Positions 48,530-58,703 of a DNA stretch of 64,000 bases are shown piece by piece. Numbering within the stretch: position 1 is the stretch's first letter; the number at the start of each line of letters is the position of its first letter. Both the position numbers and the translations under genes were made by a program. Under the pieces are notes generated by a model. The model made no database searches. It was given only the letters and a program-made list of their open reading frames with translations, and was not told the origin of the DNA. Source of the stretch: an uncultured Chloroflexia bacterium (GTDB lineage Bacteria; Chloroflexota; Chloroflexia; QHBQ01; JADMIH01); NCBI GenBank assembly GCA_963797095.1, contig CAWCNY010000002.1, positions 32,001 through 96,000 of the forward strand, given 5' to 3'.

Positions 48530-49597
48530 TTAAGCAAGGATTGCGACCTTCACCTCATCGATTCTCTGTCGAAGCTGCGCAATATCGCGGGCCGAGATGT
48601 TCTGTTGGATCTGGTCCCCTTCGTACATACGGTGCTTGCGGAACGCCAGTTCGGTGGCGAGGTCGAAGAAACGCCCTAATTGCCGCCAACGCCTGACACC
48701 CAACGAGAAAAGCACCGACCACCGTAGAGTCCAGCGCCGGAAGCCCGATATAAGTGTATCGTACTCATCCTTGGTGAAGCGTCCCAGCGATACATCCTCG
48801 ATAAGCGTTTCACGTATAACCTGCGTCTCCCTGATGCCTGATACAAAGGCGACTACTATAATGAATAGTATCCCACCGTAGTCGCTTGCGAGAATGATGA
48901 AACAGGTGCCGATAATACGGTCGGGGGTCTGCTGGTCGGGATCAAGGGTACCAAGCGTGGTAGTAAGGAAATTGTGAACCCCATGGAATATCATGGCAGC
49001 CCCAAGCCCGAGAGCCGGGATGAATCCTCGCTGCCAGCCGCTCTTGAGTGACCGCGCGTATCCCAGGGCCGCACCCGTAAACGCCGTAAACATGCTATGA
49101 TTGAGGCCGAACAGCCCAGCTCGCAAAATCCACAGGCTGAACATACCCCCGATTTGCGGAGCGCTACCATTGGGCACGCCATCATACGCAGCGCTGACCA
49201 GATATAGCACGTTCTCCACGCACGCAAATCCCAGTCCGACCATGGCCCCATAGACCACCCCATCCAGTACGTTATCGAACTCACGCTTATACGCAAGAAA
49301 AAGGATAACCAGGATGATCGCCTTCACACATTCTTCCACAATAGGAGCAACGAGACTGGCGGTGGTGATTTCGCGTGCCTGGTCTGTAGCAAGGATCAAG
49401 TCGATAGGGAAGCCGACCGCTATCTCCAGGACGAGCGCGAGAATCACAGCGGGAATAGCGCCCCATATGAAAGCCACCAACAATAGTGGCAGTGGCTCTT
49501 TCTCATGCCGGTCCAGCCACCACACCAACAACGCATAGATCAGCGTAGGCACAAGCGCGAGGATGGCAGCAATTATTACAACCGAAACAATGTCCAT
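48530..49597 (-). CDS. PrsW-family intramembrane metalloprotease
   Basis: APIVEECVK, GLGFACVEN, FHGVHN. Confidence 0.9.
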   Translation of the reverse strand: MDIVSVVIIAAILALVPTLIYALLVWWLDRHEKEPLPLLLVAFIWGAIPAVILALVLEIAVGFPIDLILATDQAREITTASLVAPIVEECVKAIILVILFLAYKREFDNVLDGVVYGAMVGLGFACVENVLYLVSAAYDGVPNGSAPQIGGMFSLWILRAGLFGLNHSMFTAFTGAALGYARSLKSGWQRGFIPALGLGAAMIFHGVHNFLTTTLGTLDPDQQTPDRIIGTCFIILASDYGGILFIIVVAFVSGIRETQVIRETLIEDVSLGRFTKDEYDTLISGFRRWTLRWSVLFSLGVRRWRQLGRFFDLATELAFRKHRMYEGDQIQQNISARDIAQLRQRIDEVKVAILA

Positions 49598-49770
49598 TAC
49601 AGAATTCGGCTTACAAAAGTACGAAAATGACGGAATCCATTGCGCGTTTCTCTACATGGAGATACTAGAGGATTGTACAATGAGTGCGAACGACCGCGCA
49701 AGAAGGCGAGAATCTTGCATGACTGGCACTCTCTTTGCTATATAAAAGCCGGGAGATGTATAATTTAGCT

Positions 49771-50629
49771 ATGTTAGATATTGATCAAAACAGCAGGCTC
49801 CAGACCGCGGCAGAAACTGGTAGCGCGCCTGTAGTTGCAACTTACGCGCTGAGAAAGCTTTTTGGCGACTTTGCAGCAGTAGACGGGATCGATTTGAGGG
49901 TGCAGCCCGGAGAGGTGTTTGGACTGCTTGGACCGAACGGCGCAGGCAAAACCACCACCATCAAAATGCTTGTGACGCTCCTGACGCCAAGCGAGGGGCG
50001 GGCTACCGTCGACGGGTACGATGTGGTGCGCGAGGCACACGATGTTCGACGCTCAATAGGATACGTTCCGCAGGCGCTCTCGGCGGACGGTAGCCTGACC
50101 GGTATAGAAAATCTCATGGTCTTCGCCAAGCTGTACGACGTACCTCGCAACGAACAAAGGCATCGCGTGAACGAAGCCCTTGAGTTTATGGGACTAACCG
50201 ACGCGGCAGGCCGTATGGTCTACACCTACTCAGGGGGCATGATCCGCAGGCTTGAGATCGCCCAGACTTCTCATCCACAGGCCGCGCGTGCTCTTTCTCG
50301 ATGAGCCGACTATCGGCCTGGACCCCGTGGCCAGGCGTACCGTGTGGAACCACCTCGAAGATATGCGAGAGCAATACGGAACGACCCTCTTTGTGACGAC
50401 CCATTATATGGAAGAAGCGGAGGCTCTTTGCAACCGAATCGCTATCATGAATCGGGGCAAGGTGGCCGCGCTCGATACACCGGTGGGCCTTATAGCCCAG
50501 GTCGGCAAGGAAGACGCCACCTTGGAAGATGCCTTCGCACACTTCACCGGCTCCTATCTGGATTCTGAAACGGGGGGCGGTTGGCGCGAGGCCCGCAGAG
50601 TGCGCAGAACAGCGAACAGGCTTCGGTAG
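49771..50629 (+). pseudogene. ABC transporter ATP-binding protein (DrrA-like) with a frameshift
   Basis: Walker A GPNGAGKTT and YSGGM in one frame, LFLDEPT in the next; one extra T at about 50268. Confidence 0.85.
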
Positions 50630-50636
50630 CCCACCA

Positions 50637-50743
50637 TCACTCGCCACTCGCCACTCGCCACTCGCCACTCGCTACTCGCCACTCGCCACTCGCCACTCGC
50701 CACTCGCTACTCGCCACTCGCCACTCGCTACTCGCTACTCGTC
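50637..50743. repeat. TCGCCAC/TCGCTAC heptamer tract, about 15 units
   Basis: Direct reading; fills the ATPase-permease gap. Confidence 0.95.
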
Positions 50744-50761
50744 AAGAAAGGCACATAACTT

Positions 50762-51607
50762 ATGACAATGCTCGCCGACAGGACAGGAGAGGTCGGAAGA
50801 CGGACCGCAATGAAGCCTGGGTTCAACCCTGGGCGAGTTGTGCAGTATGCAAAGAAAGTAGTTGCCATCTCACAAATGGAAGTGCAGAAGCTCTTGCACG
50901 ACCAGTGGGACATAGTCACCCGATCCGCGCAGCCCGTATTATGGCTTCTGCTCTTCGGTGGCGTATTCGGCAAGCTCCGTGTGCTACCCGAAGGTATGGG
51001 CAGCTATCTTGATTTCGTAGCGCCTGGCATACTGGCCCAATCGGTGCTTACTATCGCAATCTTTCAAGGGATCACCGCTATCTGGGAGCGAGATCAGGGC
51101 ACGCTCCAAAAATACCTTGTGAGTCCCATGCCCCGGTCGGCTCTGGTGCTGGGCAAGGGATTGGGGTCAGGGGTGCGTGGCATCGTCCAGGCGCTCACTA
51201 TCTCTGTGCTGTCGCTGTTATTGGGCGTGCATCTCCAGTGGAACCCGCTCTCCTGGCTGGGCGCGCTCGTGTTCGTTATGTTGGGTGCTGTATGCTTCGC
51301 CACTATCTCGCTCGTGATCGCGGCCCTTGTGCGCAACAGAGAGCGCGTGCAGGGCCTGGGGCAATTGATCTTGATGCCGTTATTCTTCGCATCTAATGCT
51401 CTTTACCCTATAACACTAATGCCACCCTACGTGGCAGTCCTATCAACACTCAACCCGCTAAGTTACATGGTAGACGCCCTCCGCTCCCTCATGATCGAAG
51501 GCGGCATCACCCATTATGGAATCGTTATTGACATGGTCGTGCTGCTCGTGGTCGATGTGGCTCTCGTATGGCTCGCCGCCAGGCTCTATCCACGAGTTGT
51601 GCAATAG
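50762..51607 (+). CDS. ABC-2 type permease
   Basis: QPVLWLLLFG, FVAPGILA, ERDQG.L...LVSP, NPLSY.VDALR. Confidence 0.9.
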   Translation: MTMLADRTGEVGRRTAMKPGFNPGRVVQYAKKVVAISQMEVQKLLHDQWDIVTRSAQPVLWLLLFGGVFGKLRVLPEGMGSYLDFVAPGILAQSVLTIAIFQGITAIWERDQGTLQKYLVSPMPRSALVLGKGLGSGVRGIVQALTISVLSLLLGVHLQWNPLSWLGALVFVMLGAVCFATISLVIAALVRNRERVQGLGQLILMPLFFASNALYPITLMPPYVAVLSTLNPLSYMVDALRSLMIEGGITHYGIVIDMVVLLVVDVALVWLAARLYPRVVQ

Positions 51608-52261
51608 TGTGGATTCGTGGAATTACTCCGCGAAGGACCTGTTTCGTAACCCCAGGTGTGTAAAAGTGGATGTTTTTCGGGGATAAAGTGCGGAGAGTGT
51701 GGATAATGGATGTGCGCAGGATGTGAACGTGCCCTTGCTTCACATCCTTGGATGTGCAGGAGCGTGTGGACGGAATCGTGTAAAAAGTGGCGGCTTTGCA
51801 CATCCACAATTCGTATGATGTGCATAGTTCACCGCCGTTGAGGAAAACCCTGCCCTATTTTACACTGGCCTTACATGCTCAAAACGGTCGATCCGCGCAC
51901 AAATAACACCGGTATCCACGATTCCACATCCCCTACTAAATACGGCTACTCATCCCTCTATATCTATTATGAAATTAAGGGAACCTCTGACCCGATTAAG
52001 GCTCACAGTGTGGAGAAATCTTCCCGGCGAAAATTGTGTTGGATCGAATAGAGTTTAAAGTGGGCACAAACATTCGCCTCCTGGTCGCTTCCCAACCTCC
52101 ATATGACATTTCGCCAGTAGCAATACCCAGGGGTTATCAACCTTATCCACAGGATTGTGTATCTGCTGTTCTGCGTGGGGCAGCCATGATATAATGCCCA
52201 TAACTCAGCGAAACTACGTTGCAAACGGCTATGGCCGGCAGATGCCAGGAGAGACGGTCGA
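51608..52261. other. Probable chromosomal replication origin (oriC)
   Basis: Perfect DnaA boxes at 51698-51706 and 52143-52151, several near-boxes, a box pair plus CTA-trio-like tract at 51912-51950, AT-rich stretch; adjacent to dnaN and parS. Confidence 0.85.
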
Positions 52262-53410
52262 ATGAAGGTATCATGCTTGCAGGAAAACCTGCACCGGGGA
52301 TTACAAACGGTCGGCAAGGCGGTGGCCAGCAAAACTACACTGCCTGTTTTGAATAACATTCTTATCTCCACCGATGGTGGGCGGCTCAAACTAACTGCCA
52401 CCAACCTGGAGGTAGGGATCACCAACTGGATCGGCTGCCAGGTAGAGGATGAAGGCGCTATCACGGTTCCTGCCAAGCTCCTGATAGACTTTGTCTCCTC
52501 TTTGCCGAACGACACGATCCGAATGTCTTTGGATGAGAAGACGCGCACCCTCCACCTCAAGTGCGCCCGCTTCGAGGCCAATATCAAGGGCATTTCCGCC
52601 GAAGAGTTCCCTATTATCCCGGAAGTAACCGAGAAGCCTGCCGCGCGCATACCCGCCCCCCTCCTTAAGGAGATGATAGGCCAGGTTGCCTTCGCGGCTT
52701 CGGGCGACGAAAGCCGACCGCAACTTGCCGGTGTCTACGTCCATATCGAGGGGCGCGAGATGATCATGGCTGCTGCCGATGGCTTCCGTCTTTCCAAGCG
52801 CATAACCAGCCTCGACGCGCCCGCCGATACAGCCATAAAGCTGATCATTCCTGCGCGTTCGATGGCCGAGCTGGCGCGTGTGCTTCCCGATGCCGATGGC
52901 GAGGATGCCGAGCCTGTGAGTTTGGTGCTTACTCCCGGCCGGAATCAGGTGCTCTTCCGGCACGATAGCCTGGAGGTCACGTCGCGCCTTGTCGAAGGCA
53001 ATTACGTCGATATCAATCGCGTAATCCCCGCCGATTGGGCTTCGCGCACTGTGGTGTCAACCGCCGATCTGTTGAAGGCTGTGCGCATGGCCTCTATCTT
53101 TGCCAAGGATTCGGCCAACATCGTGCGCGTTCAGGTAGACGCCGGTGGCGATATGCTTCCCGGCGTGATCACCGTTTCCGCCAACGCCGCCGAGGTTGGC
53201 GATAATATCAGCCAGCTTGATTGCATGGTGGACGGTGAGGGTGGGCAAGTGGCTCTGAACGGCAAGTTCCTGATCGATGTGCTTGGCGTAGTCAAGACTT
53301 CGCAGGTTGCTATTGAAACTAAGACATACCAGTCTCCTGCGGTTCTCAAGCCCGTAGGCGAGGACGAATTCTTGCACGTGATCATGCCCATGTATCTGCC
53401 AAACAGATAA
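52262..53410 (+). CDS. dnaN: DNA polymerase III beta sliding clamp
   Basis: TLPVLNNIL, ATNLE, SRPQLAG, ADGFRL, SRLVEGNY, VIMPM. Confidence 0.97.
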   Translation: MKVSCLQENLHRGLQTVGKAVASKTTLPVLNNILISTDGGRLKLTATNLEVGITNWIGCQVEDEGAITVPAKLLIDFVSSLPNDTIRMSLDEKTRTLHLKCARFEANIKGISAEEFPIIPEVTEKPAARIPAPLLKEMIGQVAFAASGDESRPQLAGVYVHIEGREMIMAAADGFRLSKRITSLDAPADTAIKLIIPARSMAELARVLPDADGEDAEPVSLVLTPGRNQVLFRHDSLEVTSRLVEGNYVDINRVIPADWASRTVVSTADLLKAVRMASIFAKDSANIVRVQVDAGGDMLPGVITVSANAAEVGDNISQLDCMVDGEGGQVALNGKFLIDVLGVVKTSQVAIETKTYQSPAVLKPVGEDEFLHVIMPMYLPNR

Positions 53411-53441
53411 CTGTGCAGTTGCCCGATCTTCACGAAGGGGA

Positions 53442-53457
53442 TGTTTCACGTGAAACA
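53442..53457. promoter_or_regulatory. parS site
   Basis: TGTTTCACGTGAAACA consensus, centred in a 36-bp palindrome (53432-53467). Confidence 0.92.
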
Positions 53458-53472
53458 TCCCCTTCGTATTGA

Positions 53473-53488
53473 CGTTTCACGTGAAACA
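53473..53488. promoter_or_regulatory. Second parS site
   Basis: CGTTTCACGTGAAACA. Confidence 0.88.
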
Positions 53489-53626
53489 TTCAACAACACC
53501 ATCCAGCTCCACCAATGCATCTCTTGTTACACGCAAAGCCTTCGGCTATAATGTGAATACATTGAGCCGCAGACCCGAAGGCTAACTGCGTGCGTGCCTG
53601 CGACACACTACCGTAGGAGGAGTTCT

Positions 53627-54226
53627 ATGATCCGCAATCTAGTGCGCTGGCTCGTGCGCTTATTCTTCTTCGCTCTAATCGTCGGTGCGGTGGGATTTGT
53701 AATTACCCGCTTGATGGGAGGTGAAGATGAGGACTTCGATGACTTCGAAGACCTCGAAGCTAGCTTTGAATTCAACGAAACTCCCGTTGAGATAGACGTT
53801 TCAGGACCGGCCACCACCAGCGAGGCCCAGGCCGCGATGCCAGGCGAAATGTCGAGTGAAATGCCGGCAGAAACAGACGCAGAAATGGGACCTGCGGAAA
53901 ACGCCGAAGAAAGCGCACCCCCTTCATCCCATCCAAGCGCGGACACGATTGCCCTAGATGATCGCCTTCTCGACAACGAAGACACATCAAGCTCGATGAA
54001 CGCCAGCACAAATGGCTCCGCAGCCGGGTCCAGGCTCATTGATATAAAGGGCATAGGGCCAAATTATGAAACGCGGCTCCGAGCCATCGGCATCAACAAT
54101 ATGAACGATCTGCTCAACGCCGATTCCCATCACATAGCCGAACAGGTGGGCGTGATAGGCGGTGCAAGCCAGGTCGACGACTGGAAGGAACAGGCACGCT
54201 CCATGATGTCCGGGGGCAATGCATAA
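53627..54226 (+). CDS. Membrane-anchored protein with acidic linker and C-terminal helix-hairpin-helix domain
   Basis: N-terminal TM segment; IKGIGPNYETRL..IGI; AGGAGG RBS. Confidence 0.75.
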   Translation: MIRNLVRWLVRLFFFALIVGAVGFVITRLMGGEDEDFDDFEDLEASFEFNETPVEIDVSGPATTSEAQAAMPGEMSSEMPAETDAEMGPAENAEESAPPSSHPSADTIALDDRLLDNEDTSSSMNASTNGSAAGSRLIDIKGIGPNYETRLRAIGINNMNDLLNADSHHIAEQVGVIGGASQVDDWKEQARSMMSGGNA

Positions 54227-54280
54227 CCTGCTGCCCAGCATGTTGCGCGATATGAAGCGAGCTAGCAAGATGCCCCATCC

Positions 54281-55231
54281 ATGACAAACATAGAAGGTCA
54301 GAACAAGTACGACGCTACTTCGCGCCCGCGAGGTATGAGAACACGTATGATGAAGCTGGCCCGCGTCTTTATCGCTCGCCTTCCCCCACCCCTCGGCCAA
54401 CTAATAGCCGCAGTGCTGGGGGAATTGGTTTACCGCTTCGCTCGCCGTTCCCGCCGGGCAGTCATAAGCAATCTCGGTCATGCTCTCGGCCCCATCCCAA
54501 AACGCACCCTCAAGAAGTCAGTCCGGCATGTATTTCATAACCTCATGCGCAACTACTACGAGCTATGTCGCGCTCCCAATATGACCGACGCCGACATTGA
54601 CCGCATGATAGACTTCGATGAGAAGGGCTGGCAGCGAATTGTAGACATCCACAACAGCGGGCGCGGTGTCCTGATGGTCAGCGCTCATTATGGCTCCTTT
54701 GATATGGTAACTCAGGTGCTGGCGCGCCACGGTCTACCGGTGACCGCCCTGGTAGCCCAATTCAAGCCCGCCTGGCTCTCCGATTTCATAACCGATATGC
54801 GCGCCGTGCGCGGACTTGACCTCCTCCTCGTCGATGAGGAAGAGGGTAGCGGCGTCAATCTGAGCGCCCTCAAGCGCTGCATCACTATACTGAAGAACAA
54901 CGGCCTCGTCGGCGCTGTGGTTGATCGCAACATGGAGCAGCGTGGCGTTAAGATCAAGTTCTTCGGCCACGATACGGTGGTAGCCGCAGGCGTCGCCAAG
55001 ATGGCGCTCAGGACGCGCACCCCGGTCGTGCTGGGGATCGCTCGCAGGCTCAACAACTACCGGTTCACCCTAACTTTCGAGGAACCTATCGAACCTGTAG
55101 GCTCAGCCTCCAACGAAGAAGACGTCCGAGCCTTGCTCACTCAGGTATTCTCCCGCCTGGAATACCACATATCTCAAAACCCCGAGCAGTGGGTGCTCCT
55201 GCAATGTGTATGGCCGGAACGAGAAGCGTGA
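54281..55231 (+). CDS. Lysophospholipid acyltransferase (LpxL/PatA family)
   Basis: SAHYGSFD (H-x4-D), DR, FFG, PEQW. Confidence 0.85.
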   Translation: MTNIEGQNKYDATSRPRGMRTRMMKLARVFIARLPPPLGQLIAAVLGELVYRFARRSRRAVISNLGHALGPIPKRTLKKSVRHVFHNLMRNYYELCRAPNMTDADIDRMIDFDEKGWQRIVDIHNSGRGVLMVSAHYGSFDMVTQVLARHGLPVTALVAQFKPAWLSDFITDMRAVRGLDLLLVDEEEGSGVNLSALKRCITILKNNGLVGAVVDRNMEQRGVKIKFFGHDTVVAAGVAKMALRTRTPVVLGIARRLNNYRFTLTFEEPIEPVGSASNEEDVRALLTQVFSRLEYHISQNPEQWVLLQCVWPEREA

Positions 55232-55320
55232 TACGTGATGCGTGATGCGTGATGCCTGACCATCCCATACTGAACACTCGTCACTGGTCACTCGTCATCT
55301 TCCGTCGCTATCACGTATCA
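55227..55320. repeat. Heptamer tract (CGTGATG, ACTCGTC and TCACGTA variants)
   Basis: Direct reading; the two ends are complementary. Confidence 0.85.
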
Positions 55321-55331
55321 AGAAGGATCTA

Positions 55332-55982
55332 ATGGCTAATCTGATAACGCTGGCGCGGGTAGTGCTGCTATTCATTACCATAGGCTTTATCTACCTGGGA
55401 TGGCCGGGCAACGGCCTGCCCGGCGATGCCCTGATCCTGCTGATCGCTACTTTTCTCACCCTCATAGTCTTTCTAGGAGATGCCTTCGACGGCGTAATTG
55501 CCCGCGCACGCGGAGAAGTCGGCAACTTCGGCGCTGTCGTCGACATTGCCGGCGACCGCATAGTGGAGAACGCCTACTGGATCGTCTTCGCGCACCTGGG
55601 CCTGATTTCGGTCTGGTTCCCTCTCTTGCAGATGGCCCGCTCGTTCACCGTCGACGCCGTGCGCTCCCTCGCCCTCGCCGAAGGTAAGACCGCTTTCGGC
55701 GAAAAGACCATGATGCAGTCTAAGTTCGGCTTGTGGCTCGCTGCCTCACGCTTCCATCGCGGTCTATACGGCTCCGCCAAAGTCGTGACTTTCCTCTGGC
55801 TGCTGCTGCAAATGGCCCTCACCGTGCAGGTTACCCGCTACCCCGACTGGGCCCAGAACTACGGAAACCTCCTGAGCTTTATGCGGACCGTCGGCATAAT
55901 CCTGGCAGTCTTCACCATCCTCTACTCTCTATTGCGTGGTGCAGTCGTAGTGTGGGACAGCCGCCGCTACTTCCTCAAATGA
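55332..55982 (+). CDS. CDP-alcohol phosphatidyltransferase
   Basis: NLITLAR; DAFDGVIAR...G...D...D motif. Confidence 0.92.
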   Translation: MANLITLARVVLLFITIGFIYLGWPGNGLPGDALILLIATFLTLIVFLGDAFDGVIARARGEVGNFGAVVDIAGDRIVENAYWIVFAHLGLISVWFPLLQMARSFTVDAVRSLALAEGKTAFGEKTMMQSKFGLWLAASRFHRGLYGSAKVVTFLWLLLQMALTVQVTRYPDWAQNYGNLLSFMRTVGIILAVFTILYSLLRGAVVVWDSRRYFLK

Positions 55983-56659
55983 CCAACAATTCGCAACCTG
56001 AACCAACACTCGTTGCCGCAGTCTTCGACGTAGACCGCACCCTGGTCCCTGTCACCACCACTGAGCGCATTTTCATACGCTACCTCCTTCGCAAGCACGT
56101 GATCGGCCTGGGCGTCGCCGCCCGCACCGCCATCTTTCTTCTGAAGCAGCTCCGGCATGCCTCGCCCTTCGAGGCCATTCGCCGCCAACGGGCCTATCTG
56201 CAGGGCCAACCCTACTCCAAAATGGAAAGAGTGGCCCGCGACTGCTTTGAAACCGACATCAAGCCCCGGCTGTCCGAGGCTGGCCTCGCCGCCATACGCG
56301 ATCACAAAGCGCAAGGTCACACTATAGTCCTCCTATCCGGCTCCCTCGATTTCCTCCTGCGCCCGCTCGCAGAATACGTGCAGGCCGACCACCTGATCGC
56401 CACCCACATGGAGGTCGTCGACGGCAATCTAACCGGACGCATCGTAGGCAACTACCCTTTCGGAAGCTATAAGGCCATGCTAATCCAGCACTTCGCCACC
56501 GAACACGGCCTGGACTTCTCCCAATCCTACGCTTACGCCGACCACCACACCGACCATGAGCTACTTCGGCTCTTCGGCACGCCCGTTGTGGTGAACCCCA
56601 AATCCAAAATGCAAGAGATCGCCAGGCGCGAAGGCTGGACGGTCAAGGAGTTCAGATAA
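55979..56659 (+). CDS. HAD-IB family hydrolase
   Basis: FDVDRTL, LLSGS, K, AYADHHTD, VVNP; ATGA overlap with the upstream gene. Confidence 0.88.
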   Translation: MTNNSQPEPTLVAAVFDVDRTLVPVTTTERIFIRYLLRKHVIGLGVAARTAIFLLKQLRHASPFEAIRRQRAYLQGQPYSKMERVARDCFETDIKPRLSEAGLAAIRDHKAQGHTIVLLSGSLDFLLRPLAEYVQADHLIATHMEVVDGNLTGRIVGNYPFGSYKAMLIQHFATEHGLDFSQSYAYADHHTDHELLRLFGTPVVVNPKSKMQEIARREGWTVKEFR

Positions 56660-57399
56660 TGGAGCGTGCTACAAGGCCAATGCTCATAGCCCACCGGGGC
56701 GGCTCACTGGAGGCCCCGGAAAACACCCTGGCCGCTTTCCGCCACGCGGTCTCCGTCGGCGCGAAATATGTAGAGCTTGACGTACAAATGTCCAGCGATG
56801 GTGCCCTGGTGATTATCCACGACGACACCCTGGATCGCACAACCACCGGCAGCGGCCCCGTAGGTGACCGCACGTTCGAGGAGCTAAGGCAACTCGATGC
56901 AGGCTCGCATTTCGCACCCGAATACGCCGGGGAGCGCATTCCCACCCTCCGCGAGGTACTCGACCTCTGCCTTGATGCTGATGTGGGCGTGGTCATCGAG
57001 CTGAAATCACCGCCCCTTTACCCCGGTATGGTGGAGAAGGTCGCCGCTCTCCTGGGCGAGATGTGGCTACGGGGCGCCGAAAACCTCTGGTGTATCTCGT
57101 TCGATCATTACGCGATCCGCCAACTGCGTGCCCTCGATCAGACTATCCCCCTCGGCTACCTGTACGAGCCGCACGAGCAGCAGTTCGTCCATCCCGACGA
57201 CACTGTTCAAGCCTACTGCCCCTACTACCGCACCGCCCTCGCCCATCCCGATCAGGTCCAGCGCGCCCATGAGCTTGGCAAACTCGTCTTTGTCTATACA
57301 GTCGACGATGCAGACGATGTACGCCGCTTGACAATGGCCGGAGTTGATGGTATGGTGACTGACAGGCCGGAAGCTCTTATAAAGCTCTCCCATTCTTGA
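56659..57399 (+). CDS. Glycerophosphodiester phosphodiesterase
   Basis: IAHRGG..APENT, ELDV, HD.TL.RTT, IELK, YTVD, TDRP. Confidence 0.93.
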   Translation: MERATRPMLIAHRGGSLEAPENTLAAFRHAVSVGAKYVELDVQMSSDGALVIIHDDTLDRTTTGSGPVGDRTFEELRQLDAGSHFAPEYAGERIPTLREVLDLCLDADVGVVIELKSPPLYPGMVEKVAALLGEMWLRGAENLWCISFDHYAIRQLRALDQTIPLGYLYEPHEQQFVHPDDTVQAYCPYYRTALAHPDQVQRAHELGKLVFVYTVDDADDVRRLTMAGVDGMVTDRPEALIKLSHS

Positions 57400-57658
57400 T
57401 TCTATGCAGCCGGAGTTATTCCAGCACTCGCCATATGCGCCTTGATGTGCTACCTGACTCTCCACTCCCACTTCCTCGTCAACTCAGGTCAGATATGCTC
57501 TTCAGCCCGGAATGAGCAACAACTGAGCAGTAAATGGCCTCGCGAATGAGCAGGGCGAGCCTGCATAATACTGTCGTGGGGCGTCCGCGATGGCTACCCC
57601 GTCGTGGACGCCACCTATTCACACAATGCGATGGGAGCAGGTAACAGAGGGCTGATAC

Positions 57659-58090
57659 ATGACCGAAGCGGAAAAGATGGCCGTTGTACGGCGCTATTTC
57701 AAAGAGTTGTGGAACAAGGGCAATCTCGAAGTCGCCGATGAGATCCTCGCGCCCGGTTTTGCCGGGCAGGACGGCGGGATGTCAGGCCCCGATGCGGCCC
57801 GGCTATACGTTTCAAGCTACAGGAACGCCTTCCCCAACATCCATTTCACCCTCCTCTCTCTCCTCTGCCAGGGCGATCTCGTGATAGCAAGCTGGGTGGG
57901 CACAGGCGCTCACGAGGGCTCCGTGGCCTGCCCCGATGCCGCCACGCCGGGCAAAGAGCGAGCCATCACCGGCTTGAGCGTCTACAGGCTTGAGAAGGGC
58001 AAAATCGCCGATATGTGGATTGGCGCAGAGGCCATCCACCAGGTTCAGAAAAAAGACAAAGAGAAGCAATTAGCGCACCGCCGCAACTAA
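57659..58090 (+). CDS. SnoaL-like ester cyclase
   Basis: ELWNKGNLEVADEI...AFP...GD.V...GKI. Confidence 0.82.
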   Translation: MTEAEKMAVVRRYFKELWNKGNLEVADEILAPGFAGQDGGMSGPDAARLYVSSYRNAFPNIHFTLLSLLCQGDLVIASWVGTGAHEGSVACPDAATPGKERAITGLSVYRLEKGKIADMWIGAEAIHQVQKKDKEKQLAHRRN

Positions 58091-58093
58091 CCC

Positions 58094-58561
58094 CTACCTT
58101 CGCGCCTCCAATATCCCCACCAGTTGCCTGAGCGCGGCCATCATCTGCTGCATCTGCTTCTTGCCGATCAGCTTGCCCCACTCCTCCTCAAGCCCCAGCA
58201 CCACGCGCCGGGCGACCTCCATCACCTCGTTCCCGCGCCCCGTCAAGCGCACCAGTATGGCGCGTCCATCGGCCGGGTCCGGCACGCGCCCCACATACCC
58301 ATGTTCTTCCAGGTAATCCACCAGGTAGCCCATCGATTGCTTGGTCATCTGAGCTTCTTCGGCCAGGTCGGTGAGCCTCGAACCGCGCTCCTGGTCTATA
58401 TGCCGCCACACCGCCAGGTGCGCTATCCGTATATCCTCGAACCCCGCCTCCAGCACCCCCTTATATATGCTATCCACAACCTTCAGAAAGGGCACGCGCA
58501 ACAGCGCTCCAATGAGCCTGTGCGACTGATCGTGGCCGTTATTGCTGCCGCTTTGATCCAT
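58094..58561 (-). CDS. MarR family transcriptional regulator
   Basis: DLA...MTKQSM..LVD.LE..GYV.R.PDP.DGRA..VRLT..G. Confidence 0.92.
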   Translation of the reverse strand: MDQSGSNNGHDQSHRLIGALLRVPFLKVVDSIYKGVLEAGFEDIRIAHLAVWRHIDQERGSRLTDLAEEAQMTKQSMGYLVDYLEEHGYVGRVPDPADGRAILVRLTGRGNEVMEVARRVVLGLEEEWGKLIGKKQMQQMMAALRQLVGILEARR

Positions 58562-58703
58562 GGGCTACCCCCAGGAAAATTGATCAGAGAATCTGACGAA
58601 AACCTATTGACAAATTAGTCAAAATCTCTTACTATTATGGTCAGAATAACTTACTAACTCATTCTAACCCAGACCAGGCAAGAATGCAACCCTTTTCACC
58701 ATA

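Noticed and set aside
50581-51012. ORFs with (HSPLATR)n peptides
   Set aside because: Translations of the intergenic heptamer tract, overlapping real genes
55733-55978. N-terminal extension of the HAD ORF
   Set aside because: Overlaps the CDP-alcohol transferase; the true start is most likely ATG 55979 (ATGA coupling)
57509-57553. TGAGCA x3 upstream of the SnoaL gene
   Set aside because: Short and irregularly spaced; cannot be distinguished from chance
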